Origin: an uncultured Armatimonadia bacterium
GTDB lineage: Bacteria; Armatimonadota; Zipacnadia; CAVVLO01
DNA: 64,000 nucleotides
NCBI GenBank assembly: GCA_963749155.1
Contig: CAVVLO010000002.1
Span: 160,001-224,000, forward strand
Direction of reading: 5' to 3'
Of this stretch, positions 27,901 to 38,069 are shown piece after piece (the first letter of the stretch is position 1; the number at the start of each line of letters is the position of its first letter). The notes beneath the pieces are model-generated. The model saw only the letters and a program-made list of their open reading frames with translations, was not told the origin of the DNA and searched no databases. The position numbers and the translations under genes are program-made.

Positions 27901-29817
27901 ATGAAGAATAACACTTGGCGATTATTACTAACTGGCCTGTTGATTTGGCTAGCCAGTTACGGGTGGCTGACCTCGCCTCGGGCAGGCAGACTGGGCGAAT
28001 TGGAGCTTGACCTGCTGGCTCATCGTTTCAACTTGCGTGGGCCCAGGCCTGTCCCCTCCGGCATACTGCTTATTGGCTACGATGCCTCTGATGATGCTGA
28101 TCCGGATTTCGTCAGGCAGTTAGGAGAAGTGACCCGGCTGGCCCTTGAAGCTGGTTGCAAGGCAGTTGCGCTGGATCGTACAGTCGAGACCCCACGAGAT
28201 GATTTCTCCAGTGAGCTTGGAGATCTCGATACATCTCGCCTGGTACTGGTGTGCCGGGAATCTGGCGAGGGCATACCTGTTGAGACTGTTCCGAAGCAAC
28301 CTTGTGAAATCCAGGTGGCAGAAGGCGCCAGAGTGCCAGAAGTTCGGGCTTTGGCTCTGCCAACCCCAGCCCTGCTTCTGAGGGCGGGGGCAGTAGGAGC
28401 GGCTGACTTGATGGTGGCCTCACCTCTTGAGGCCTGGAAACTGCCCTTCGTGGTGAAACAGAAAGCAGGTCCGCGCCGGTTTGTCGAAGAGACTAGCGAA
28501 GAGGGCAAACGCCGCAAAATCGAACGCACTCCTTCCCTGCTGGTGCCTGGTTTGCCTGTAGCCTTGCTTGCCGCAGGGCAGCCAATTACCAAACTGGAGG
28601 TAAGCTCAGGGCAGGCCAAACTCGGGGAGAATCTCACAATCCCCCTGAACAAGGGGGGCGAGTTCGCCGTTAATTACTATGGACCAGGAGAGAGCCTGCC
28701 CAAGGTAGCCTTCAGCGATGTACTGCATGGGCTAGTGCCTCCTGAGCGTCTTCAAGGCCGATTCTGTATCATCGGCGCCACCGATTTTGCCCTTGGCGAC
28801 GTTGTGTGGAATCCCTTTTCAGGCGCTTTTCCCGGTCCTGAATTGATGCTAACTGCCACAGCCAATCTGATGGAGGGACGAGTGGCTCGATTGCTCAGCT
28901 CTCGAAGCGCAGCCCTGACAGCCTTTGCCTATACACTGGTCTTGCTTGGTGTTTTCCTTCTTTTTGACGGGCTTTTTATGCCTTTGCTGCTAGGGTTTGC
29001 GAGCTGGTTGTTTGCCGGTATGCTCTCAGAATTGGTTTTTGTCAGGCAAGACTTGATTGTCCAAATGGTTAGCCTGCTTGCATATGGGCTAGTATTGTTT
29101 ATTGCCCTGGCAGGACTGCGAGGATGGGAACTCGGCCGAGAACGTCAGCAGCTTGCCCGGGCGCTCGAACTCTATGTGCCCCTGACTTCGAGCCAGGATC
29201 TGGCTCAACTGAACGAGCCCCTCGGTCTGGGCGAAAGGCGTGTAATCACCGTTATGTTTTGCGATTTGCGCCACTTTACAGCCAATACGGCTTCAATGGC
29301 GCCGGAAGAGACAGTGAGTTTTCTTAACAGGTACTTCGCCGAGATGGCTCGTTTGGTCAATACTCATTTTGGAGTCGTAGACAAGTTTATCGGCGATGGC
29401 TTTATGGCAGTTTTTGGAGCACCACTTGTGGACTCCGAGCACCGCAGGCATGCCCTGCAATGCAGCCTGAGTTTGCTTGCGGAGCTACCCAAACTGGCCT
29501 TCGAGTATGCAGGCACTCCGCTTGGCGAATTGGAAGTCGCTATTGGCCTTGATACAGGTGAGGCGCTTGTGGGACGAATTGGTTCGCCTACCCTGCACCA
29601 GTTCACGGTGATAGGCGCGCCTGCCAACCTGGCAGCTCACCTTCAGCAAGCGGCTGGTAAAGCCAATCTGCCCTTGCTGGCCAGTGCCCGAGTGCTTGCA
29701 GGACTTGAGCAGGAATATGACACAGAGCTTTTTGCGGAGGCGGGATTGGAAGAAGAACTACAAGGCGCCTGTTTCTGGGTAAAAGGTAAGGCCAGGGCGC
29801 CAGGCAAGGAGGATTAG
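27901..29817 (+). CDS. CHASE2 domain adenylate/guanylate cyclase
   Basis: CHASE2 motifs (AVALD, VNYYGP, IIGAT, PGPE), 3 TM, TVMFCDLRHFT, DKFIGDGFMAVFGAP. The ORF extension to 27667 overlaps the riboswitch and was trimmed. Confidence 0.88.
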   Translation: MKNNTWRLLLTGLLIWLASYGWLTSPRAGRLGELELDLLAHRFNLRGPRPVPSGILLIGYDASDDADPDFVRQLGEVTRLALEAGCKAVALDRTVETPRDDFSSELGDLDTSRLVLVCRESGEGIPVETVPKQPCEIQVAEGARVPEVRALALPTPALLLRAGAVGAADLMVASPLEAWKLPFVVKQKAGPRRFVEETSEEGKRRKIERTPSLLVPGLPVALLAAGQPITKLEVSSGQAKLGENLTIPLNKGGEFAVNYYGPGESLPKVAFSDVLHGLVPPERLQGRFCIIGATDFALGDVVWNPFSGAFPGPELMLTATANLMEGRVARLLSSRSAALTAFAYTLVLLGVFLLFDGLFMPLLLGFASWLFAGMLSELVFVRQDLIVQMVSLLAYGLVLFIALAGLRGWELGRERQQLARALELYVPLTSSQDLAQLNEPLGLGERRVITVMFCDLRHFTANTASMAPEETVSFLNRYFAEMARLVNTHFGVVDKFIGDGFMAVFGAPLVDSEHRRHALQCSLSLLAELPKLAFEYAGTPLGELEVAIGLDTGEALVGRIGSPTLHQFTVIGAPANLAAHLQQAAGKANLPLLASARVLAGLEQEYDTELFAEAGLEEELQGACFWVKGKARAPGKED

Positions 29818-29819
29818 CA

Positions 29820-31451
29820 GTGGAAGGACGCTCCTATGAAAACCAACTCTACGCGCTGCTTGAAGCGAGTCTGCTGGTCAGCGCAGAGCTGGAACTAAGC
29901 CCACTGCTTGCACTGCTTACCAAGCTTGCGGCCAAAGTTGTAGACGCCGAAGCGGCTTCTTTGTTGCTGATTGATCCTGCGGCACAAGAGCTCGAATTCG
30001 CCGTTGCGCTTGGCGAGAAAGGCGCGGAAGCTGCAAGGCATCGTATTAAGGTAGGCCAGGGAGTCGCCGGTTGGGTAGCCGCCACCGGGCAATCTGCCAA
30101 TGTCGCCGATGCGGCAGCCGATTCACGCTTCACTGGCTTGATAGACCAGGAAACCGGGTTCCATACGCGCAACTTGCTGGCCGTCCCAATGAAATATCAT
30201 GACGAGTTGGTTGGCGTTATCGAGTCTATGAACAAGCGCTCTGGAGATGGCTTCTCAAAGGATGATCAGAGCGTACTGGAAGCTTTCGCGGCCCAGGCGG
30301 CTGTAGCAGTGAAGAACGCTCGTTATCTTGAGCTCCTCCAGGCCCGACTTGGCGAAGTGAATCAGGAAGCAGTGCGCCAGGCAGAACAGGCTCGGGCTGG
30401 TCAGCATTTGCTTCGTGAGGTAATGAACGCACTGGCTGATGCTGTGTGGGTCACAGACCAGGCTGCCAATGTCTGGGATGCCAATCCGGCAGCAGATTTG
30501 CTTCTGCGACAGAGACTGGGCACAAGTCTGGGAAAACCTTTGGGTGATTTACTTGGGTGCGAGCCTGTTGCCGAACTAATAAAACGCTTCTCTGCTGGCG
30601 AAGAGAGCCCTGAAGCAGTGGAAGTCAAGCTGACCATCGAAGACGAACCGTGCGTGCTTCAACTGCGCGCAGGCAAGCTCCCTCCTGTAAAAACCCTGGT
30701 CGCCAGTTATGTATTTGTAGCAACCGATATCACCACGCTGAAAGACCTGGCGCAGATGAAAAGTGATTTTGTGGGCTATGTCTCTCACGAGATGAAGACG
30801 CCGCTTACAAACATAATTGGCTTTACCTCAACGCTCATTAGATTGAAAGAGAGACTTGATTCCGTTCAGCAGGAGGAGTTTCTGACAACCATCGAGTCTG
30901 AAGCTCATCGCCTGGTGAGGCTTATCAATGATTTTCTCGATGTGACGAAGCTTGAAGCGGGTAAAGCGCTGACACTTATAGTTACAGAAGAAAATCCAGA
31001 ACGGCTGACACGCAAGTCGCTAGCCCCACTGGAGAAGCTGTCAGACAACCATCAACTGGTTTGGGACTTTCCAGAATCTGCAACCTCCCTCGAATGCGAT
31101 GCCGATAAAGTGGCACAGATTCTGGTTAACCTGGTGAGCAACGCTATCAAATATTCACCTAACGGAGGCGAGATAGGCATACGCCTTGCGCAGGAGGGCG
31201 ATTGCACTCGCTGGCAGATATCAGATCAGGGGCTGGGAATGACCCCTGAAGAACAGGGGCTGCTCTTCCAGCAATTTAGTCGTTTGCCCCAGAAAGGCAC
31301 GCGCAAGATAAAGGGTACAGGACTTGGACTTTACATCACACGGCGGCTGATTGAGGCTCACCGTGGTAGAATATGGGTCGAGAGCACACCGGGAGAAGGT
31401 TCTACTTTCTCCTTCGAGTTGCCAAACAGGGCAACGGATACAGCCAAATAA
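29820..31451 (+). CDS. GAF-PAS sensor histidine kinase
   Basis: GAF GQGVAGWV..TRNLLAVP..NK..F..DD; VSHEMKTPLT; NAIKYS; GTGLGL. Confidence 0.9.
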   Translation: MEGRSYENQLYALLEASLLVSAELELSPLLALLTKLAAKVVDAEAASLLLIDPAAQELEFAVALGEKGAEAARHRIKVGQGVAGWVAATGQSANVADAAADSRFTGLIDQETGFHTRNLLAVPMKYHDELVGVIESMNKRSGDGFSKDDQSVLEAFAAQAAVAVKNARYLELLQARLGEVNQEAVRQAEQARAGQHLLREVMNALADAVWVTDQAANVWDANPAADLLLRQRLGTSLGKPLGDLLGCEPVAELIKRFSAGEESPEAVEVKLTIEDEPCVLQLRAGKLPPVKTLVASYVFVATDITTLKDLAQMKSDFVGYVSHEMKTPLTNIIGFTSTLIRLKERLDSVQQEEFLTTIESEAHRLVRLINDFLDVTKLEAGKALTLIVTEENPERLTRKSLAPLEKLSDNHQLVWDFPESATSLECDADKVAQILVNLVSNAIKYSPNGGEIGIRLAQEGDCTRWQISDQGLGMTPEEQGLLFQQFSRLPQKGTRKIKGTGLGLYITRRLIEAHRGRIWVESTPGEGSTFSFELPNRATDTAK

Positions 31452-31475
31452 GCAGCCGATGCAGGAAGTGAAGCA

Positions 31476-33869
31476 ATGGCCAGCAGCAAAGCCCGTGGCG
31501 GGAGGCCCGCTGGTGCGCTCGCGCGCCTGAAAGAGGTGCCCAAGTATCTGCTTGGGGGTTATGCTTTGGTGGGAGCAGGTCTAGTGCTCTTCACCGGGCA
31601 TTGTATTGGCTGGTTTTACTCCAATCTGCTCACTGACATCTCTCATAACCTCGAACTCTTCTTTGGAGATCTGGCTTTCCTCTTTGGGCTTCTACTTGCC
31701 TGGACTGGCGCGCTACTTATCATTGAAGGGCCTTTCCTGAGCACCCTCAAAAAACAGCTTGGGGGAGGGCTGTTGTTTGTCTCCCTACTGGTGCTTGCCG
31801 CTTTGGCAAGGGGGCTTAGCGAGTTAACAGCGCAGGAACTGGCTGGCTGGGCAGGATTCCATCTGGCTACTGTTATGCGAGAGCTGCTTACCTGGGCAGG
31901 CGCTTTTGTTGTCTCTCTTATCGGACTGGTTGGAGCGTTGCTCCTTATTACAGAGGGGCAGATATTTCATCAACTTGGCACTGCCTGGAAAGCCTTGCGC
32001 GAGGGGCAGAATACCTTGCGTCAGACTGTAAGCGAACGGGCAAGCGGGGCCCGGCCTCCCTCGGCAGAGCCTCGTGTACGCAGGCGCGAGCGACTGCGCG
32101 CCGAGTCCGAACCTGCCACCCCATCAGAGGCAAAGGGATTGCGCGAGGCTGAAGCCGACCTTGAACAAGCCCTGAAGGCACTGGAAGATGATTCGCCTGT
32201 GCCCGCTCCGGAAATCGTGGCAGCCGAAGCAAAGCGCAAGGAGCGCGAGTACAAGCCGGTTGTTGGAGCAGAGCAGGGCGAGACACTGGGCGCCAGCAAA
32301 GCTGCTGCTGTAATGAGAGCCCAGCGCATCAAGCTGCCGCCACTTGCTTTACTTAATCTGGATGACCCGGAAAGTGGGCGAAAATCTCAGGAACACGCGC
32401 GCAAGGGAGTCACCTTACTCGAGCGCGCCTTCAGTGATTTCGGCGTGGATGCGAAGGTTGTCCACCATGTGGTTGGCCCAACTGTTACGCGATATGAAGT
32501 AGAACCTGCGCCTGGTGTGCGCGTCAGTCGCATCTCCCAGCTCGATGATGATATACAACGCATCCTGGAAGCGGTGGGCGTCCGCATCGAAGCACCTGTG
32601 CCTGGCACTTCGATAGTCGGCGTAGAGGTCGGCAACCAGAAAGCAGCCACGGTCTCTCTTGGCTCGGTTATGAACACCCCGGAATTCAAGCGTCCTGCCG
32701 CAAGACACCCCCTGACCTGTGCTTTTGGGCGAGATGTGGCGGGAACTCCCATAGTGGGAAACCTGGCCGAGATGCCTCACCTGCTGGTTGGCGGCACGAC
32801 TTACTCAGGCAAGAGCGTCTGTCTCAATGCGATTATCCTGAGCCTGGTGATGAACAACACCCCCGACCAGGTGCAGCTTGTGCTGGTCGATCCAAAGCGC
32901 GTAGAGCTTACTTTGTACCAGGGGATGCCCCACCTCTATGCGCCTGTTATCTCCTCTCCCAAAGCCGCAGTGGCCGTTCTGCAACAGGTAATGCGAGAGA
33001 TGGACAGGCGTAATATGCTTTTCCACAAGCTGCGGGTTCGGAACATGGGCGAGTATAACGAGCTGACCAGTCGAGGCGATGCGGGCGACTACGAGAACCT
33101 GCCTTATATCGTAGTCATAATAGATGAGCTGGCTGATCTGATGTCAACGGCACCGGGAGAATTCGAACCGACAGTCTGCCGCCTGGCCCAGCTTGCCAGG
33201 GCATCGGGTATCCACCTCGTATTAGCGACTCAGCGACCCTCAGCCCAGACAGTCACAGGTGCTATCAAGGCCAACATATCAGCCAGGATAGCTTTCCGAG
33301 TTGCCCAGCAGATAGAGTCCCGCATCATCCTGGACGTGAACGGCGCCGAGCGGCTGCGCGGACATGGCGACATGCTCTACTATGATGGACGCACCTATCC
33401 AATCCGAGGGCAGGGCTCACTGGTGACTAGCGCCGAAATCCAAAAGGTGCTAAACTACCTTAAGGACCAGCTTACGCCTTCTTACAGCTTTGAGCCCGCT
33501 GAAGAAAACGAGCAGGAAGTGAGCGGCCAGCGCGCAGCCGATGATATCCTCGACGACGACAAGTTCGAGGCGGCCCTGCGTCTTGTGCTGGAGCGTCAAG
33601 AGGCGTCTGTGTCCATTATCCAAAGGAATTTCGGAGTCGGCTGGAGCCGGGCTGGGCGCTTGATGGATATGATGTATCGCCTTGGCATTGTTGGGCCGTA
33701 TGAAGGTTCCAAGCCCAGGCAGATCCTCGTAGATCCCGCTGAATATCTTGCTTTGCTTGCCCAGGGTGGTATCGAAGCCCTGCGCAAACGCAAGCCAGAT
33801 CAGGAGCCGAAGCCTCAGCTTCCTCTGGACGAGGGAGAACCTGACGACGCGACAAGTGAAGAAGAGTAG
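31476..33869 (+). CDS. ftsK: FtsK/SpoIIIE DNA translocase
   Basis: N-terminal TMs, GPTVTRYE, MPHLLVGGTTYSGKS, IIDELADLM, LATQRPS, gamma domain. Confidence 0.93.
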   Translation: MASSKARGGRPAGALARLKEVPKYLLGGYALVGAGLVLFTGHCIGWFYSNLLTDISHNLELFFGDLAFLFGLLLAWTGALLIIEGPFLSTLKKQLGGGLLFVSLLVLAALARGLSELTAQELAGWAGFHLATVMRELLTWAGAFVVSLIGLVGALLLITEGQIFHQLGTAWKALREGQNTLRQTVSERASGARPPSAEPRVRRRERLRAESEPATPSEAKGLREAEADLEQALKALEDDSPVPAPEIVAAEAKRKEREYKPVVGAEQGETLGASKAAAVMRAQRIKLPPLALLNLDDPESGRKSQEHARKGVTLLERAFSDFGVDAKVVHHVVGPTVTRYEVEPAPGVRVSRISQLDDDIQRILEAVGVRIEAPVPGTSIVGVEVGNQKAATVSLGSVMNTPEFKRPAARHPLTCAFGRDVAGTPIVGNLAEMPHLLVGGTTYSGKSVCLNAIILSLVMNNTPDQVQLVLVDPKRVELTLYQGMPHLYAPVISSPKAAVAVLQQVMREMDRRNMLFHKLRVRNMGEYNELTSRGDAGDYENLPYIVVIIDELADLMSTAPGEFEPTVCRLAQLARASGIHLVLATQRPSAQTVTGAIKANISARIAFRVAQQIESRIILDVNGAERLRGHGDMLYYDGRTYPIRGQGSLVTSAEIQKVLNYLKDQLTPSYSFEPAEENEQEVSGQRAADDILDDDKFEAALRLVLERQEASVSIIQRNFGVGWSRAGRLMDMMYRLGIVGPYEGSKPRQILVDPAEYLALLAQGGIEALRKRKPDQEPKPQLPLDEGEPDDATSEEE

Positions 33870-35226
33870 TCACTCCTCTAACCAGGCGAAGCCTCTGGCC
33901 GGCGTGAAATTGACTTTCGTCCCCCTGGGTTGCGCGAAGAATCTCGTTGATAGCGAGCGGATGCTTGCCGCGTTGCTTGCTGCGGGTATTCAACTGGTCG
34001 AGGAGCCAACCGAGGCCGATGTGGTGCTCATCAACACTTGTGGCTTCATCCGCGCTGCTCAGGAAGAATCGCTTCAGGCTCTTGAAGAAGCCCTGGAACT
34101 CAAAGCAGATGGGACGATTAAAGGTGTCGTTTGCGCTGGTTGCCTTTCCCAGCGATTCTCTGATGAACTCACCGAGCATCTGCCTGGCCTTGATGCCGTG
34201 CTTGGTATAGACTCGGCACCCGATATCGTGCGCGCAGTTTTGGCCGCTACAGGTGACCAATCACTGGTCGAGATACCCGCTCTGGAGACTCTGGTCGAAC
34301 ACTGCCTGCCCAGAGAACTGACCACGCCCCCCTGGTTTGCCTATCTGAAAATCGGTGATGGTTGCGACAATTGGTGTTCCTATTGTGCTATCCCGATTAT
34401 CAGAGGACGCGCGCGCAGTGCCTCACTGGATGAACTGGCGGTTGAGGCCAAAGCCCTGACCGGTCGCGGGGTCAGAGAACTCAACCTGATAGCCCAAGAC
34501 CTGGGGCGATATGGGCAAGACCTGCCCGACGCGCCTTCACTTGCAACGCTGGTATCTCGACTGCTTGAGGAAACTGGGCCAGACTTGCACTGGCTCAGGT
34601 TGCTTTATCTGCATCCCGAGCATATCCAGGACGACCTCCTGACCTTGATGGCTGAACAACCTCGACTGGTCCGATATCTGGATGTCCCCTTCCAACATGC
34701 CTCGGGGCCAGTTCTTGCACGTATGAATCGAAAAGGCGATCTGCAGTCCCAACTGGCGCTCGTGCAGCGGTTGCGCGATGCTTTACCAGGCCTGGCTTTG
34801 CGCACTACGCTACTTGTAGGCTTCCCCGGCGAGACGGAGTCAGACTTCGAAGCCCTGATGGAGTTTATAGAAAGGGGCCGGTTTGACAGGCTTACGGCCT
34901 TTGCTTATTCGCCCGAAGAAGGCACGGCAGCCTTTGACTTGCCTGACCGAGTGCCCGAAGAACTCGCCCAACAGCGTCTCGAGGCGGTCTTCGAGTCGCA
35001 ACGCCTTGTCTCTGCCGAACTCACCTCCGCCTTCGTTGGCCAGAAGCTCGAGGTGCTTCTCGAGAGCAATCCCTCACCTGGCCAATATGTCGGTCGCAGT
35101 TACCGAGACGCTCCCGAAGTGGACTGTGAGGTCCAGGTGAAGGGCTCCGGGGTTGCGGTTGGCCAGTTCGCAAGCGTCCATATAACAGGCGCAGACGACT
35201 ACGATATGAGGGGTGAGGTTATCTGA
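33856..35226 (+). CDS. rimO: Ribosomal protein S12 methylthiotransferase RimO
   Basis: LGCAKNLVDSE, INTCGFI, CDNWCSYC, C-terminal TRAM domain (GRS..DAPEVD). Start is GTG 33856 or 33904. Confidence 0.9.
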   Translation: MKKSSHSSNQAKPLAGVKLTFVPLGCAKNLVDSERMLAALLAAGIQLVEEPTEADVVLINTCGFIRAAQEESLQALEEALELKADGTIKGVVCAGCLSQRFSDELTEHLPGLDAVLGIDSAPDIVRAVLAATGDQSLVEIPALETLVEHCLPRELTTPPWFAYLKIGDGCDNWCSYCAIPIIRGRARSASLDELAVEAKALTGRGVRELNLIAQDLGRYGQDLPDAPSLATLVSRLLEETGPDLHWLRLLYLHPEHIQDDLLTLMAEQPRLVRYLDVPFQHASGPVLARMNRKGDLQSQLALVQRLRDALPGLALRTTLLVGFPGETESDFEALMEFIERGRFDRLTAFAYSPEEGTAAFDLPDRVPEELAQQRLEAVFESQRLVSAELTSAFVGQKLEVLLESNPSPGQYVGRSYRDAPEVDCEVQVKGSGVAVGQFASVHITGADDYDMRGEVI

Positions 35227-35940
35227 TGAAGAAGGAACTGCCCCCGATAAAAGGCTTCATACCCTTCAACCATGCTGGATTGGGAAGGACGGCTTGCCTC
35301 GACCCTTTTTCTTGGAGGCTGCAACTTCAGGTGTGGCTATTGCCATAATCCTGAACTTGTGATAAACACGGGCGAAGTTGGCGATATACCCTGGCAGCAA
35401 ATCGAGGAGCGCTTACATAGCCTGGGCAGTTGGCTCGATGGCGTCTGTATAACTGGCGGAGAGCCAACTCTGGATGCCCGATTGACTGCTTTGTGTGAGC
35501 GCCTTGGGGAGCTTGGTTTACGAGTTAAGCTGGACACCAATGGCACCCGGCCCGATATATTGGAATCTCTAATGACGAAAGGTCTAATCCATTGTGTGGC
35601 AATGGATGTAAAGGCTCCCCTCGACAAAGCAATTTATGATAGAATCGCAGGCGTTGCGGTAGATATATCTTTACTGCAGCGATCCGTTCAGCTTATTCAG
35701 GCCAGTGGACTGGAGTATGAGTTCCGCACAACCGCGGGCGAAGACTTCCTTTCACTGGAGGAGCTAGGGCAGTTGGCCGGGCACCTTCAAGGCGCCCGGA
35801 AATGGGTGTTGCAACGGTTTCTACCCGACCACTGCCTGAGTGAAGAGTTCAGGGCAATGTCCCGTGCCTCGGATGAGTATCTCGAGGCAGCCTGCAGGTT
35901 AGGGGCAAATTGTATAGAGCAGTGTGTGGTGAGGGGTTAA
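35226..35940 (+). CDS. nrdG: Anaerobic ribonucleoside-triphosphate reductase activating radical SAM protein; +1 frameshift near 35263
   Basis: GCNFRCGYCHNPEL, ITGGEPT, KLDTNG, EFRTT. ATG 35226 overlaps the rimO stop and reads MKKELPPIKGFIP, one base out of frame with STMLDW. Confidence 0.8.
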
Positions 35941-35961
35941 CCCTCCCCAGGAGGAAGAGCT

Positions 35962-37920
35962 TTGACAGCCAAGATTGGAGAGAAGAAACTGGCCCTTGCA
36001 AGTCAGCGACTTGGGGACATTATCTTCGATCTCTTGCTTGAGGCGGGGCGTCCCCTCGACCAGCGAGAGCTTGATGAAGGGATAAAGGGAACACTGGGCA
36101 AGTCCATCTTCCCGTTGGCTACACGGCGAGTACTTCGCCGAGATAGTCGACTTCAGGAGACAGAGGGCGACTTCGATCTTCTGGCGCGTCAAGTGCTTCC
36201 AGATCGTTCTCTTGATAGCGGAGTTAAGCATCTGCTTCTGGCCGCTGGCAGGCCGCTCAGTCTGCAGCAGCTAGCCAATGAACTAGCCCTGGCAAAGACC
36301 AGATCAGCCGACAGTATCGCCGAGTTGATTGCCAAACTCGCCGAGCGCGATTTTTCTTCTTTTATACTAGCGGGAGAAAGGTTGTTCTTGCGTGAGTGGC
36401 TGCTGTTCGTGACCGATAACGAGGAGGAATTTGTCCTTCTCGACAACTTCGTCAACGAACTGCCCACGCTGGAAGAATTCGAGAAGCATATCAAGTTGCC
36501 TTCCCGCAAGCCTGCCACACCGCTTGCGCTGGCCGAGAAGCTCCTCGAAGCCGCAAATGAGCCTGTTTCTAACAAATACCTGCAGTGGGCTATTTGGAAG
36601 GTCTTCGGCGAGTTCCCGGATGCGATCGGTTTCTACGAGCAACTTGAAAAGTCAGACTTCACCGCTCTGCTTAGCGGACCCAACTGGTTGCCCAGCAAGG
36701 ACACCGCAGGTTTGGCGACAATGCTGGTCGACTTCAGCGTCGAACTCCAGGAAGAGGACCGCGAGCAGCTTTCCAAGCTCAATCTGGCCGTTCTGCTCAA
36801 GCAGCCTGCCCCGCGCGATCAGCAATATCACATCTCGGCTCGCGATAAAGAGCGCGTTCATACTTTCCTTGCCGAGCGCGAAGAACCGAGCGACCTGGCT
36901 GACATCTTGCGCGAGGTGTTCGCCGTTTATCCAAGTGACGACACTTTCCTGGCGGCTGCTCATGCCCTGACCGAGCGTCTGCACCAGGATGAACGCTTTA
37001 TCGCTGGCGAAGCTTCAGAGACAAGCTGGATGGTCACCGAGGAAGTACCTGAAGAGGTGCGTATCATCCCCGAGAGACTCATCCCGATACTATCGGAAGA
37101 GCTGTCAGCAGAAGGCGACCCAGTAGATGCCGAACTCGAGGACGAAGGTCTGACCAGAGGTATGGTCAATCTGGCCGATTTCGTCCATCTGCCCGAACTT
37201 GAGGACATAGGCGAAGAAGAAGAAGTCGACCCGGATATCATCCCGGACGAGGCGCCGGCGGAAGTTATCCTGCCTGTTATGTATCACCATTTCGTGACTG
37301 GTATGTTGAAGTATCGCAAACTCGACTGGGGCTTCTTCCCCGAGGACGAAGACCTGGTTCGAGTTACTTTCCTGGACGATCGCGGCGAGCTCTACAATGG
37401 CTGGGTCAACAACGAGCTGGGGCTTGTTTATGGGCTTGCCAAGTGGTTTGAGCGCCAGCACGAGCAGGGGCTCACCCAGGCGGGTTGCCTCATCCATCTG
37501 AAGCCAGGCGCCGAGAACAACCAGTTCATCGTCACCTACGAAGGCGACCAGCATGAGAAGACTTTCGTATCAACGGAGCGTCTCGAAGAGCTGATTACTC
37601 TGCGCCAGAATTATAACCTGGCTACGGCGACGACCTTTGATCTGGTCTGCGCGGTGCTGGAGAACCAGAAGGATGGGCTCTCGCCCGAGGCACTGTGGGC
37701 CGAACTCAACATCCTGCGCCGCACCAGCAAGCGGGCCATCGCATCACTGCTTGCGAGTTATATGTGCTTCAACCAGTCACGGCTGCGGCCTGATCGGTGG
37801 ATATATGACTCCAAGCGTCGCGGCCAGGGCCGCATGAAGGACAAGCGCCAGTACATCATCAGTCAGGAAGCGACTGGCGAAGAGGAAGTTCAGGTAGACC
37901 GCGATACACTGGTCGAATAG
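35962..37920 (+). CDS. Acidic hypothetical protein, possibly with several winged-helix modules
   Basis: 652-aa ORF with AGGAGG RBS before TTG; recurring 'LL.AAGRPLSL..L'-type helix patterns. Confidence 0.65.
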   Translation: MTAKIGEKKLALASQRLGDIIFDLLLEAGRPLDQRELDEGIKGTLGKSIFPLATRRVLRRDSRLQETEGDFDLLARQVLPDRSLDSGVKHLLLAAGRPLSLQQLANELALAKTRSADSIAELIAKLAERDFSSFILAGERLFLREWLLFVTDNEEEFVLLDNFVNELPTLEEFEKHIKLPSRKPATPLALAEKLLEAANEPVSNKYLQWAIWKVFGEFPDAIGFYEQLEKSDFTALLSGPNWLPSKDTAGLATMLVDFSVELQEEDREQLSKLNLAVLLKQPAPRDQQYHISARDKERVHTFLAEREEPSDLADILREVFAVYPSDDTFLAAAHALTERLHQDERFIAGEASETSWMVTEEVPEEVRIIPERLIPILSEELSAEGDPVDAELEDEGLTRGMVNLADFVHLPELEDIGEEEEVDPDIIPDEAPAEVILPVMYHHFVTGMLKYRKLDWGFFPEDEDLVRVTFLDDRGELYNGWVNNELGLVYGLAKWFERQHEQGLTQAGCLIHLKPGAENNQFIVTYEGDQHEKTFVSTERLEELITLRQNYNLATATTFDLVCAVLENQKDGLSPEALWAELNILRRTSKRAIASLLASYMCFNQSRLRPDRWIYDSKRRGQGRMKDKRQYIISQEATGEEEVQVDRDTLVE

Positions 37921-37960
37921 CCACCAACTGACAAGGAATCACAATTGAATAACCACTGAC

Positions 37961-37995
37961 GAGGGAGCGCACTCAGGTGCGCTCTCTCTTTGTTT
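37961..37995 (+). terminator. Intrinsic terminator
   Basis: GAGGGAGCGCAC/GTGCGCTCTCTC stem followed by TTTGTTT. Confidence 0.7.
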
Positions 37996-38069
37996 GGAAC
38001 GCAGGAAGCCCTCCGTCTTACCCCGAATAAAGCGCAAGCCTCACCACCTGATGCCTTGAAGGATGGCTT

